DNA of 63,784 bases, filler included, from Cercozoa sp. M6MM (Eukaryota > Protista > Endomyxa: Ascetosporea): assembly GCA_040357565.1 (NCBI GenBank). It is 8 parts of 8 records of this genome, joined end to end, with 100 filler letters (N's around TTAATTAATTAA, not from the genome) between each part and the next. Parts side by side here need not be neighbours in the genome. Positions count along the whole stretch, not along the records: positions 1 to 30,813 come from JBDODJ010000129.1; 7 more parts are not named here. One strand, 5' to 3'. Every line of letters begins with the position of its first letter. The stretch's first letter is position 1. The notes beneath the pieces were generated by a model, which had not been told where the DNA came from, made no database searches, and was given only the letters and a program-made list of their open reading frames with translations. Both the position numbers and the translations under genes were made by a program. Positions 13,165-28,874 of this stretch are shown one piece after another.

Positions 13165-13828
13165 TTATCATTATCTTTTACTGCAGTTTAATTCCCCCGA
13201 GAACCCAGTGCCGGTAATTTCCCGGAAATTACCGGTTAATTTCGGTGAACAGAATTTACCAAGAAATTTCCCGGTAATTAACTCAATTTTTTATCACATG
13301 CACGTGCCGATACACCGGTAATTACCGGGTAATTACTCGGAAATTTCAAGCTAATTCTTGGGTTATTTCCACCCAATTATTGAGTTATTTCCAATTAATT
13401 ACCGGGTTATTTCCAGTTAGTTACCAAAAAATTACCGACAAATTGAATTGCCGAATTACATTCGGCCGCGTCCGTAGCTCGCTCGCCAACAGGAACGTCG
13501 GCAACTTGCGTCAGTTCTTGGCACGACTGCGTCCACGAACACCGCTACGCGCCGAGCTACGACGAACCAAACGCTGCCGCTTGGCCGGTGGGTCTTGTCG
13601 TTCAGCTGGCGCAGCTGCTCTCTTGTGGCACTTGGTCGTGAGAACACGATGCAGCACCTGCACAGTGCTACAAAAACTCCATTGGTCTCAAAAAAAAAAA
13701 GACAGCAACAAACAGGAGGCGTACCTCTCGCGCGCGAACGCCATCCCGACATCACACTGCGCATGCCACCATGTAAACACCAGGAGAGACACCGGGGGGG
13801 GGGGGGGCGCCCTGCCTCGTAACTGACC

Positions 13829-16800
13829 TTGTCGATTCCTGGAATTGCATCGAGCCCATCTGTGTTGACTTCGGACGGTAGCCGGGCACCGCCGCGCAGC
13901 TTCCACATCAGCACCAGAAGACATAGAATCATGGGGGCAAGCATCTTGCCTGCGCAAACAAGAGAGGACAGTAAACATCGCGAAAGTACAACAGACCAAG
14001 ACGCCGGTACCCGACACAGTGTCACTCATCTTGAACAGCACCGTGGTCCGCGGCTTCAGAATGTTGGCGTCGGAGTCATTGTGCTGCGTGACCTGAGAGC
14101 TTGTCAGTCCCATCTGCGCCTGCGACCACACATAGTAACGAAAGGGTTAGCGATACCGACAGTGGAAGCACCAAAATACTTCAAACGTCCGAGGGAGCGC
14201 TCTCCCGCGCTGGCCTGGACGAATGTGCTGGCCAACTACCACTCGGGCCACCATCGATTCGGAGATGACGAATGAATCTGCATACCTTTCGTACAACATA
14301 TAAGCACAAAAAGCGTTCGGTACCGTGCCAAGCGAACAAAGCTCGCTGTGACTTGGCGTCTCACACAAGAAAAACGTTTCGCTTGGGTGTCAGCGAATTT
14401 GCTCTGCTTCAGTGCACTGTTGAGCAGAACAGCAATCACTCCCCGTTTGCGGCGCTCGTGGGGAGTCTTGCAGGGCGATAAGCCAGACTCCCGCAAACTC
14501 GCAAAACATTCCGCAACGTCAGCAAGCTCGCGCTTGAACAGCACCACACCACTACTCGGTCCGATGCTCGTTGACTCGTCTAACATGCGCCACTGGAGCG
14601 CTGGTGCGATCGTCAAATGGCGATCATGGTGACATGTGTTGCTGCACGCGCAGATGATAGAGTGTTTGGCCACAAATCTAGCATAATAATCCGATTACAG
14701 CTGTGCTGACCTAGTGCAACTGTCCTACCGATGCCCGCGCGGAACCGCCAACGATCCAAGTGTAAAAGACGCACAGCAGCGACAAAGTGAGGATCTCTTT
14801 ACCTCATACGATATCCGTCTGTAGCAATGATCTTATGCAATCTTACTCACATACATACATGCATATGTATCTATATATATCGTACAAATACATAAATTTA
14901 CAGTATTTACCCGCTTGGGGATGCATGCATGCATCATGCATACATACATACATTCATACACATACATACATACGTACATAAATTTACAGACAGACATACA
15001 TACATAACATACATGCATACATACATACATACATAACATACATACATACATACATAAATTTACATACATACATACATGTATACACTTACATACACATACA
15101 TACATACATACATACATGAATACAGACGAAGCATACCACCTATGCCAAATATGCAGCGCAGATACGGATAAATTTAAACTTAAATAGACATCTTACACAC
15201 CATCAAATCTCTCATTCTGTGGATTTACCTGCATATAAGTATTATTGTAAGTACGGTAACCGTGACATGCAGTCGCCGCTGCGCTCCATGCTGTACTGTA
15301 TCTACGCCCTGTTGTCGTAGATCTCCTGTCGCTCCTCAATGCTATGCGCCACGAAGAACTAAGGGAAACGGAAAAGAACATGGGTAGCTCATGGACGATT
15401 ATCTTGGAGCAGGATGGTGTTGAACATGCTGTTTTGGTGCTGCCCGGTCTGCACTTGCACTGCCCCAAGACAAGAAAGAGCGCAAGTACCGATTGCATCT
15501 GCTTGCTCTCGACACAGGGGAACCCTTGCAAGGTTACTGGCCGTGCCTTGACGATGGTCGGTCTGTGTTGCGCGAGGCACAGTTCTTCCGTCGCGTGATG
15601 CGGTCGGAGGTTGAAGAGTATACAGACGGCAGTCGAAGCAGAATCTGAGCGACTCGGATGGGAGGTGCCCACAGCCAACTGGGCGAATGGCGGTACCTAC
15701 AGCTGTCACTCTTAGTACCCACTAAAGTCTACTACTGAGTAATTCGTGGTTACAGCCACTGGTGACCTCTGCTGCAACAAATGTAGCTTCCGACTGCTCC
15801 CACACCAAAGCTGCGTGTGCGACCTAGCTCACCAATGTGCAGGGAACCCTGGCACATGGACGGTAATATACACCTTACTTATGAGATCTGCAGAATCCGG
15901 TTCATTCTTGTGACTATTCAGGAATTCACTTCTTTGTTGGGTCTGTTATTCGAGCATCGTGATGCCGAGGAAGCCGTGGGGGAGTTCTTTCGCGCCCTGG
16001 GAAGGGTCATCGACTTCATGCGCCGCTACAACGGATTAAACGCCATGCCGCAGCACACGCTGACCAATTTGCGTAACAATGAGACGCAAGGTATGCGTTA
16101 CTTACGAATTGTGGATCGCGACAAGGTGTTAGGGGGAATACCGGCTCTCATTTTGTACTGGCGTTTTGAGTCAAAGCTTTTTTAGAACTTTGCGTGAGAA
16201 GGCGACGACAAGTTTGCTCTGGTACTGGTGGCAGCTATGTTGAAGTACGCAAGGGCTTGCGAGCAGTATCAGTTTTGCTATACTGAAGACGACCTACTGG
16301 AACTGGAAAAGTTTGTGCGGCATCGAAGCGCGTGAAAATGAGAATACTCGGTCCTGGGCGACATCTTTCCTCGAATGACCACAACGACATGCATTCCAGT
16401 CGGAACACTCACAGTCACGCAAGCATGCGCGTTAACAACAACTTTGACTTCGAAGGTACAGGTTTCCTCCGACTACAACTACGATGTGATTACTCCTGGG
16501 CCTTGCTTGTTAGTAGCGATGTTTAAGTTCGCCAAGGTCCTTGCGCTCCGACATGCCAACAGATCGGCTGAAGGTGGTGCTGGCGTACATGGCACGCATG
16601 GCTCTCACGAACGCAGCTGAAACACTGCACCCTGAGTACCGCCACATGATGAACAAGCAGCGACAGGCGTAAGAATTCAACCTTCCGACCTTCCCTATCT
16701 TGGATGTTCACTATACCCTTCATCCGCATAAAAATGTTCCGTAGATATGCATCGCGCAGTTGCAAGGTCGAGTACGACAAAGTTCACGACATTTCGGTGT

Positions 16801-17344
16801 GGGATGAAGACGGCAACACATTCGAGGTGACTTGCGCTGGGCAGTTCAGCCGCCTCGTCGTATTGGTACACATGCTGCTTATAGTTCTCTCCGAGCTTGC
16901 TGCCGCACTTTAAATTCACCCTCGTTTCACTGTGCTTAGGGAGTGCGCATCACGTCAGGCGCAATCATTGAACTTGCAGATGACTCCCTCGTTCTCGTGA
17001 AAGACATCGTTGAGGTCAATGATGCGACGCGCCATCAGTTGAGGCACCGAAGCGGAGTCGGCTTCATTGTGCAGATGTGTGGCACCGCCGAACGGTGCAA
17101 CTGCACTGGCCTCTTGAAATGCTCTGTCCCAGGTTCTATCGACACCGACATGCCGCGTTTCGTGACTTTGGACAATGCACGCGCACGGTACACCTCCTAT
17201 CACCCAAAGATGCACCGCCGTGCTCCGTCCGTGCGATCGCTGCTGGATCTCGGACTTAAGCGAGGTACACAGGTGTGGCTGCTCAACCGGCAACGTTTCA
17301 CAACATGGTCGCCCGGCAACCTCTACGGCGATAACATCTACTAA
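13829..17344 (+). pseudogene. Fragmented putative transposase inside the TIR element
   Basis: Chain of + strand ORF fragments broken by stops, frameshifts and probable introns (CREPWHMD, HNDMH, ...QVWLLNRQRF). Assigned mainly by position between the TIRs. Confidence 0.5.
14850..15117. repeat. Imperfect (CATA)n microsatellite inside the transposon
   Basis: Directly visible tandem CATA units. Confidence 0.9.
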
Positions 17345-17922
17345 CTGAATTTAAGCATGTAAACTTTACTCCATGCGGTGTCACTTTTATATACGATAAA
17401 TCTAATTTCCTTCCAAAGTAATCAAATTTCTGCAAAAAAAAAATTCTAATTTCTGCAGAAAACGCCCCCATGGGCGGTTTCCCTTAAAAGCGAACATTAT
17501 TGAGCATCTTCAGGGTATAACAAGGACTGTTAACGCCTGGAAAACAGAAAAACACGAAAAAAACTGTAAAATGCAAACAAAACCGGGGCGAAAAAATCCA
17601 GGCAGCCAATATTTTTTGAGCATTTCAACAAAAATCGCCTACACTGCTCCGTAAACGAATCTAAAGGTCCCGGGCACTGTGAATTATATTAAAACCCCCG
17701 AAAATGCTACTTAAAGGGCTATTAGACGACGTTTGACCGATTTTGTCACGGAAATTACCGGGTAATTACTGGCACTGGGTTCTCGGGGTTCCGTTCGAAT
17801 TCGATTCGTCACTGGTCAACCGAAGCCCATCGAAAAACAAAAAAAAACAAAAAAGCTACGGTATACACTGCTTTAGAGGGCACAGGAAACTGCTTTTTGA
17901 ATATTTCATTAGCATAAGCACA

Positions 17923-18465
17923 ATGGTGAGCATGTCTACTGTTCTCTATCGAAAGTGGTGAGATACTGTTTTTTTTTGTCAAAAACCTCAGTCAAGTAAT
18001 GAGTTTGAGGCTGCGGTGAAATTCACGGCTTCGGGTGGTGACGGTCCCTCCCTGGTACGCGATGTATCTTTAAATGCAATCTGAGTGCTACTGACTGCGT
18101 GTTCTTTGTGCAGTCGCAAACACAGCAGCTCATGTTTTATGCGCTGTTCAAGCAAGCGACGAAGGGTGCCTGAAGCAATCTCATCTGTGCCTTGCCACTT
18201 CGACCATATGTGTGTTTGTGTAGGCACACAGCGTGGCAAGCGTCCAGGACGCATGCAAATTGTGAAGCGCGCCAAGTGGGACGCCTGGAACAAGCTCGGC
18301 AACATGTCGCAGCAAGAGGTCTTTTTTTCGTATTTTCCCCGGTTGGTCGACCATATCATGTGCGTGCTGCTTTTTAAACAGGCGCGCCAGCAATACGTGG
18401 ACATGATGACGAAGGTCGCACCGCAGTGGCGCCAGAAGGCTGGCCTGGCCCAGTCGGCGCTCTAA
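17923..18465 (+). CDS. ACBP: Acyl-CoA-binding protein, 5 exons
   Basis: MSSNEFEAAVKF...QQLMFYALFKQATKG...RPG...KRAKWDAWNKLGNMSQQEARQQYV. Ends in ...QSAL*. Confidence 0.92.
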
Positions 18466-18806
18466 CCTGCCAAGCTTGAGAAAACGTCAGTCATTCCTGC
18501 GTTTCCGTCCTGCCGATTGTTCAGTCATTCCTGGCCTTATAAACAAGTCTTGGCCAACTTCATAAACGCGTCTCGTCACTAACGCCACGGCTAGCATAAC
18601 CGAGCATCGACAACCACCTGCAGGTCAGAGGTGCTGGGTGCTGGGTGCGGGTGTTTGGGCTCAAAACAAGTGCAAATCGAGCCCATATCTCCCGGGCGTC
18701 GAACGGCCCTGCCGTGTGCTGTGTCGGTGTGTACCGGGTGTCGTAGTTACTGTGCCTCTTGGCTGTGTGTGTTTTCGCACACATTGACCGGGGTGGCACT
18801 TCAGTC

Positions 18807-19761
18807 ATGTTCTTCATTGTACAGTCACCTGAATAGTTTTCCGAAGCTCTATCGCAAGTGCCCTTGTGTTTGCCTGACAGTGCTGTGTGCGTGCTTTGAT
18901 GTAAAATTTAAGTTTTTGGCAGATCAAGCGGTCAGAGCGCGTACAAGTGGATGCCAAGTACTTTGGGCCGGATCTCAAGTCACATGTGATGCACAAGGTG
19001 CGCAAGAAGTTTGAAGGCGTTGCCAGGTGCGTTTCTTGTCCAGCGCGGTCCAAAAAAGTGGTCCGGCACGAGTTTATTTGTGCAATTTGTGCAGAGAGGA
19101 TATGGGCTACGTACTCATGGTACAGTCGGTGCTGAACATGGACGCATTGAGCGGCGAGTTGCAGTACTGTTTCGTCCTGTTGATATTGTGCTGTTTTTGG
19201 AGAAACGTCTTTACTTTAGAGAGGACGGTTCGGCGCTCTTCAACGTCGACATCATGTGCGTCGTGTTTCGGCCCTTTCGGAACGAAGTCTTGACGGCTAC
19301 GGTACTTTTGGCTTTACGAAACTTGGCATATGTACTACTATTATAGGCACCTTTTAATAAATTGATGTGTACAGGTAACAACAGTCCTGCCAGACGGCTT
19401 CTTTTGCGAGTGTGGCCCCGTCGACATCTACATCAGCAACCAGACCATGCCAAAAGTGCCTCCAACACATGCACACAGGTGTGCCTTTTTTGAGTTGAGG
19501 ATTTTGATTTTATTTAGGACTTCCGATACGACGACGCTGGTGAGCACCCGCGTTTCCTGAATGACACCGACGTGAGTTACCGGCTCGAGCAGGGCACGCT
19601 CGTTCGAGTCAAGGTAGCCACTCACTTATATGCAACACACGCACACGCACACAGTTGTTGTTGTGCACTCTCTGCAGGTCATTGGTATGCGGTGTGCCAA
19701 CAACACGCTGCGTGTCGTTGGCTCCATCAACGAGGACTATCTCGGCCCCATGGTGGATTAG
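18807..19761 (+). CDS. RPB7: RNA polymerase II subunit RPB7, 7 exons
   Basis: MFFI...KYFGPDLK...VVFRPFRNEVL...GFFCECGPVDIYIS...VRVKVIG...VGSINEDYLG. Six phase-compatible introns. Confidence 0.93.
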
Positions 19762-19913
19762 ACTCGAACGGAGTGTCGACGTTTTGTTTATGTTAGTTCG
19801 TTCGTTTAAACTCATTTTACTTAGTACTACAGACGGACAAAAGACCGGACAACTTGGGGAAATTACTCAACTTGAAATCATTGCTGACGGCGTGGCGTGG
19901 CAGCTTTTGCAGC

Positions 19914-21703
<1,790 letters not shown>

Positions 21704-21920
21704 GCTGGTATTGAGACGCTTAAACAAGCTTAAAGCCACTCACACACGCGCGAGTGTGATTAGTGTGCGTTTAGATGTAGTTTTTGCCAGTTTATTATTT
21801 TTTGTGATCAGCGCGCTCTCGGGATGATTGCTGTGTTTCTCCGGTTTGAGACTAAAAGTTAGAACGACCATTTGCGTCTCTACTATTCAGTGATAATTCT
21901 GTGCCACTTTAGTGGTCTGA

Positions 21921-22757
21921 ATGAGCGTATTTGTGGATACGCTGCGTCGGTCACCAAGGCATTGGTGCGTGGGCATGTGGGGGGGGGGGGGGGGTGGAGT
22001 CAAGATGCAGTTGTTGTTGCAGGCAAAGCAGCGACAAGAAACTCTGCTGTTTCGTGACGGAGAAGGACGATTCGTTTGCACTGCATGTGCTGAGTGAGTC
22101 GCACCTGCTGCGCCTGAGTCCATTCACGTGCGTTTCTTGTGCGTTTCTTATTTCTTCGTCTGTGCCTATTTGACTCTTGATGTGGCTACAGACTGGCCGC
22201 GCTGCGCGCCGATTTGGACGGTACAGAGAACAGGGACATCACCATCGTGGCCTTTGTGGAAGCGCTGCAGTCGGGCGATTTCGAACTCGCTCCCAATGAC
22301 ACAACTTTGAGGTATCTTGCATTCTTTACTTGCCAGTTGGGTCAAGTGTCCACTGTCCCTGTCCCCGTCCCCCCACAGTGTCAACATGGCACCCCGTGTG
22401 CGACTCCCGATGGATCAAGTTCAAGACACGAGACTCCTGGCAGCGTCTGCTCTCGCATTGTACTCACAGGTGCGGAGTGAGAAACCACGTGCTGTCACCG
22501 GTGTGCCCAGTCAAGCGCGTCACTTTGTCGACAGTCTTCTCAGCAGCAGTGGTGTCTCTTCCTTCAAATTTACTGTCTCTAAACATGTCTTCTCTTGCTT
22601 AATGCAAGCTATAAAAGCAGCAGAAGGCACAGGCGAAATCATCCTGCGCGGACAGCCAAAGAAACGACCGCGCAAGCGGCAGCGACGTGTACCGCGCATG
22701 GAGGATGCTTTCGCCTCGCGCGATTCCTCCTCTTCTTCCGACGATGACGATGACTGA
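21921..22757 (+). CDS. Putative PAXX-like (XRCC4/XLF superfamily) nuclear protein, 5 exons
   Basis: Phase-compatible splicing gives MSVFVDTLRRQSSDKKLCCFVTEKDDSFALHVLSESHLLRLSPFTLAALRADLDGTENRDIT..., then an NLS-like PKKRPRKRQRR and an acidic tail. The gene model is solid; the family call is by eye. Confidence 0.55.
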
Positions 22758-22950
22758 GCACCCATGATAGTAGTACTGAAAATAGTGTTGAGTACTCGTA
22801 CTGTAATTGTAAATTTCTCGGGCCGACAGGACGGTCAGGTCGAGGTGCCGCCGCGGTTGCGGTGCTAACACTGTCGGCTGTCGACTTGATGTCATCGACA
22901 GTTCCAAGGTTCGTTCGAGTCGGCCGAATGGTACAATGCAGAGTCTATAG

Positions 22951-24964
22951 CTATACACGCTCGACTTCGTGGACGGCGACACCGCGCTGTTTGTTGGTGC
23001 CTTCGTAGTCTTCTTCGTGTCCCTTCTTCATGCGCATGGCAGCCTTACGACTCTCGTCCGAGTACTTGTTGACAATGGCCTTGAGCGAGTCACTCGCGAA
23101 CATTTCGGTCGACGCGTTAGCCTCTTCATCGATCAGGAAGCAGAGGAAGATGGTATCAATCGCAGCCTCGTAGGTGACCATGAAGAGCGCTGCAACAAAG
23201 AAGGCGATCACAAAGATCACAACCAACGGGAAGACCGGCGACGATACTTCGCTTTCGTAGGGTTCGACGTACTCGAGCACCGCAGCGGCAATTGCCGCCG
23301 TAGCGAGACCAACGAGTACCTTGCCGATCACAATGAGATAGGTACCTACCACGTTGATTGCAGCGACGCGAGCCATGTTGTTCCACAAGAGCTGGAAGGA
23401 ATTATACGCCGACGTGCAAAAGCACGTGCCGTAGACTGCAGTGAAGACGAACGAGTTCTTCGAGATGTAGTCCATGCAGCACTTGACACACTTGAGGCAG
23501 CACTGAATGGCGCAGAACACAGCACGCTGCACGGGATTGTCCTTCGACTTGCTCTTCTCCTCAATGTACTTGACGACGGCTCGAATGAACTGAATCACCG
23601 CGATGATGAACGCGCCGAATGCGATGGTGCCGGTGTGGTACACCAGGGCGCGTTTGCACGAAGCTGCCACAGGGAAGCGAGTTAGACCGTGCTCGCCACC
23701 TTTAAGCTAAATGGTACGAGTAAAACGTGTGCAAGAGTATGTAAACAGATTTACTGGCTTTACACAACAAATGCGTGATACCTTCTTGCCCGACGAAGGA
23801 TCGCGCGGGGTAAAGTACCAGTCGGCAAGCGCACCAGCAATCACCATGTAGCCGAAGTAGATGAGGAACTGGGTTACCCAGAACAGGATGAACAGGTGCA
23901 CCCAAAGGAAGTTGGAGAGCGAGGAATCAAACGTCGAATCAACATAGGTAGTGTCCCCTGACTGCCAATCCGGCAGCATGGCAGTGTTTTGCATATGCGA
24001 CGGCAGTTCGACGTCTTTTTCAATTTGCACTGAATAGATCGACACCGCAACATACAGCCAGATGGCGCAGAAGCCGACACCCACGACGAGAGGCACCAAT
24101 GGGAAGAACACTAGAGACTTCATGTCTCCCACTGCACGAGAAGCTTCTTTCACCACCTCGATAGCAATGGCAATGCGCTTTCGCAACAAGAGCATTGCCA
24201 AGAAAAAGATCACTGTGATTACCGCTAGAACACCGCCACAGATCTGCGCATACAAAAATATCGTAGCACTCCATGTCGATATTCAAAGTACAATAAATAT
24301 CCTGTACCTGGTATCCAAGTTGGCGGTCGGTATTGACGCCTGAGTTCTTCACATCTTGTGCCTTCTGCAAGAGTACGTACGACCCTGCAGCACCAAAGCC
24401 GACTGTGGCAAGGATGGCGCCCCACACCATTGGACCCACACAGCATCGAAGAACGTAACTGTAGACGAAAGCCACAACGAGTGCAATGCCGAAGCTCCCC
24501 AAAATGAGAGGAAGCGAGGTTTCCAGATCGCCAACTGCTCGTGTGAAGGTTTCGGTCGCACTGTCGAATCCAGTGATCGTGATTGCAACGTCGGGCGACG
24601 GCACGCAGTAGTACAGGAATTTTTCCGTGTCATACATGGCCCCATGAGTTCCATTAACGCATTTGTCGGTGCACACTTTGATCTGGTACTCAGTTGGATC
24701 CGGCCAGTACGCGAGTGGGAAATCTTTCACCTCTTGCGTTTCTCCACAGACACGACCTTTCCAATCAACACCGCGCACGATGCGTTTGTAGTCTGCTCCA
24801 CGTTGCTCCGCGACGCCGTAGATGGAAAACATGACCACAAACGTCGCAATGAAAGCCGCAAACCAAAGGATATCCGTGCAACCTCGCTTCTTTGCAATAG
24901 ACGCCACGGGAGTGCTGCGGTCTTTGCGCGCGCAGACACAGCCTAGGCAGTCGGCTATTGTCAT
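22951..24964 (-). CDS. Choline transporter-like protein (CTL/SLC44/PNS1 family), 3 exons
   Basis: KRGCTDILW, RGVDWKGRVCG, LRKRIAIAIEVVKEASRAV, YHTGTIAFGAFIIA and AIDTIFLCFLIDEE. Confidence 0.93.
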
Positions 24965-25287
24965 TTTCTTGTCGTGGCGGTGACTCGGAGCTCGACCAAA
25001 TTGAAGTCAAGTTCGCAGCAGACTGGGTTTTCGTGAGTAGTATCGCAGCAGCTGTCTGCGATGCCCAACACGGCTACACCAACTTTTCAGTAGTTGGACT
25101 CAGAACGTAGAGTTTGCTGTCCATGAACAGCGTTTTAGTATTTTGGGGAGAAACGCTTGCTTCATCTCTCGTCCTCAACCAGCCAGCAACCTCCCAAAGC
25201 TCGAAACATAGTTTGACCAAAGCAAGTGCTGTAAGGTGCCTATTGTAGCGACAGAGACTGAGCAACTGCGTGGCTTTGGTGGAAACC

Positions 25288-26102
25288 TTAGTTCGCCTCG
25301 GATTCAGCGGTGTCAGTGCCGGTACCAGGATTAGTGGCAACTGCGGTGTTGCCATTCAAGTTGCCATTGTAGTTGCCGCTACCGTTGACGTTGACGAGGC
25401 CAAGCTGCACGTTGACGGTGACAACGGCGTTGCCGTCGACCGACGTGTCGTCACGCGCAGTGATAGGAGAGATCTGGGCCGCCACCTGCTGGGCCACATG
25501 CTCGGCGAGAGCGAAAGCTCCACCGTTCATATCGATGCCGCCGCGACGTCGGCTCGGCCCTCCGTACATCATTGGCATCGTCGGAACTTGCGCAGGCATG
25601 TTGGGAGGGGGGACCATTGGCACCATCATTGGCATCGTCGGAACATGCGCAGGCATGTTGGGAGGGGGAACCATTGGCATTGGCATCGAAGGGTGCCACA
25701 TGCCGTCCGACTGACTCGGCTGACAAATCAACACACTCACAGTCAAATCGGGCACTATTGATACACACACTGTACAGTACTGTAGATTCACCTGATTGAC
25801 GGCTTGCGAGCGCAGCTGCTGCATGGCTTCACGAACGACTGCTTCGAGCTCATCCGAGATCAAGTTTGGCCCCTGTTATATGTAGTGGGGTTGTTAAACT
25901 TACTTACAACAAAGACAATATGCGCTTTTTGCAAAGCAAATTACTTCGGGGAACATACCAAAAAGCTCGACAGCGGCGACCCAGGAATCCCGCTGCTAGT
26001 GCTTGCGTCGGGCGATTCAAACAGAGTTGAGGCCGAACTGGGTTCGGAAGTAGCCGAAGCGGCAACACTTGCGATTAAAGCGGCACCAGGGACAGAAGCA
26101 TC
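25288..26102 (-). CDS. Met/Pro-rich repeat protein with an Asn/Gly-rich C-terminus; 5' end unresolved
   Basis: Open terminal exon with a duplicated PMVPPPNMPAxVPTMPMM unit and NVNGSGNYNGNLNGN. Upstream exon-like pieces are flanked by GT-AG. Confidence 0.5.
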
Positions 26103-27138
26103 TTAAACTCGGATATTAGTAAGTGCAATGAAGTAGTGAAGTAGTAATGAGAGAAACCGCAAGTACGCAACTAAATTTAAATTAAATCGGCGACTGCGAA
26201 ATTGTCACGTCAAAGTTGCATGGCAACGAAGGCCTGAGGCTTCAGGTTGCATTCAGCAGATTGCCTTTCGCAGGTCTAGCGTACTGTGGGACGAGATTTG
26301 TGTAAAGTAGTTCATCCACAAAACTAGCCATGGTCGCTTTCAAAGTAGTCAAAGTGTTTGATCAAGTAGTGAGAGGAATAGTGATCGGGTCACATTGTCA
26401 CGTGCTGGGTGCCACCATATCTATGTTTCGGTGGCAGATTTCTCCTTCCATAGTGCACATCATGAGCTCGAGTTCTGACAATGCGTGTGGACTACTAAAC
26501 CTCAGCGACCCAGCTCTTCCTACACTCTACAACTTAAGTTCACTGTGGTTCCGAGAAAAAAGTGTTTTGAGGATTTTTAGAGCTACGAGCAAAGCTAAGG
26601 TTCCCAAGAGCAGAGAGAGCGTCTGTGTTCTACACGGTCTGTGCAAGTTTCGGGTAGTGCAGGGCATTTGTCCCAGACACCTTGGTGCGTTTCTGTCTTC
26701 CGCGAGCACGTCGAGGATGCAACAAAACAAAACAACAACGACAACAAAAGAACAAAACACGAGCAAAAGAACAGTGCTCTCGCTGGCCCAGAGACAGCAT
26801 GTCGCCCGTGAAATTTGTATTGCACTATTTTCTGCAGGTAAAAGCTCTAATATGCACTGGCAGGAGCCACAGAATGAAGTGGATCAGCATCCCTTGCTCT
26901 GTAGAGCAGTATTAGCGAGAGCATTACGTGTGATGTAGGTATTAAAGTCACTTCTAGTGGTCTAAATTAGCACAAAGGCCGTGTGAGTGGAGAAAAGGCC
27001 AGCCAAGCACAAAGGAGAAACGCCTCCGATCGAAAGGAGGCGGCGTGTGCTCGTCGCGTGCAAAGTAAAAACCGCAAAGCACACACACATCTTTTTGTTG
27101 TTTGTTTCAAACACTACACTACACCACCGCACACTACA

Positions 27139-28624
<1,486 letters not shown>

Positions 28625-28874
28625 CTCGCGACTAACTCGCGACTCACGGGCGATTCAACGCACCATTCGATTGTGCCCCCGGACAACTCTAGCGAGTCTC
28701 TTGCAGCCCAGTCGGTCGGGTCGGGTCCGCGCCGTCACTGCCCACCGACTCAGGCGCTCATTGCCTCGCCTACCTTCGGCCTCACTCGACTAAGTTTTTG
28801 GATTGATTTGTACAGTGTGCACGCTCAACGAAGCATGCACAGTTAATTAATAACACAAAGCGAAATAAGTTTTA

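Larger units (their letters stand above)
13195..17788 (+). mobile_element. 4594-bp DNA transposon, CACTA/EnSpm(CMC)-like, with a degenerate coding region
   Basis: 40-bp TIRs with 4 mismatches (first 18 bp CCCCGAGAACCCAGTGCC are perfect). 3-bp TSD TTC at 13192-13194 and 17789-17791. Many AATTACCGG/CCGGTAATT subterminal repeats at 13210-13460. Confidence 0.88.

Noticed and set aside
22969-23685. Long antisense ORFs over the CTL, actin and eIF3a genes
   Set aside because: Expected shadows of GC3-biased codon usage on the opposite strand.
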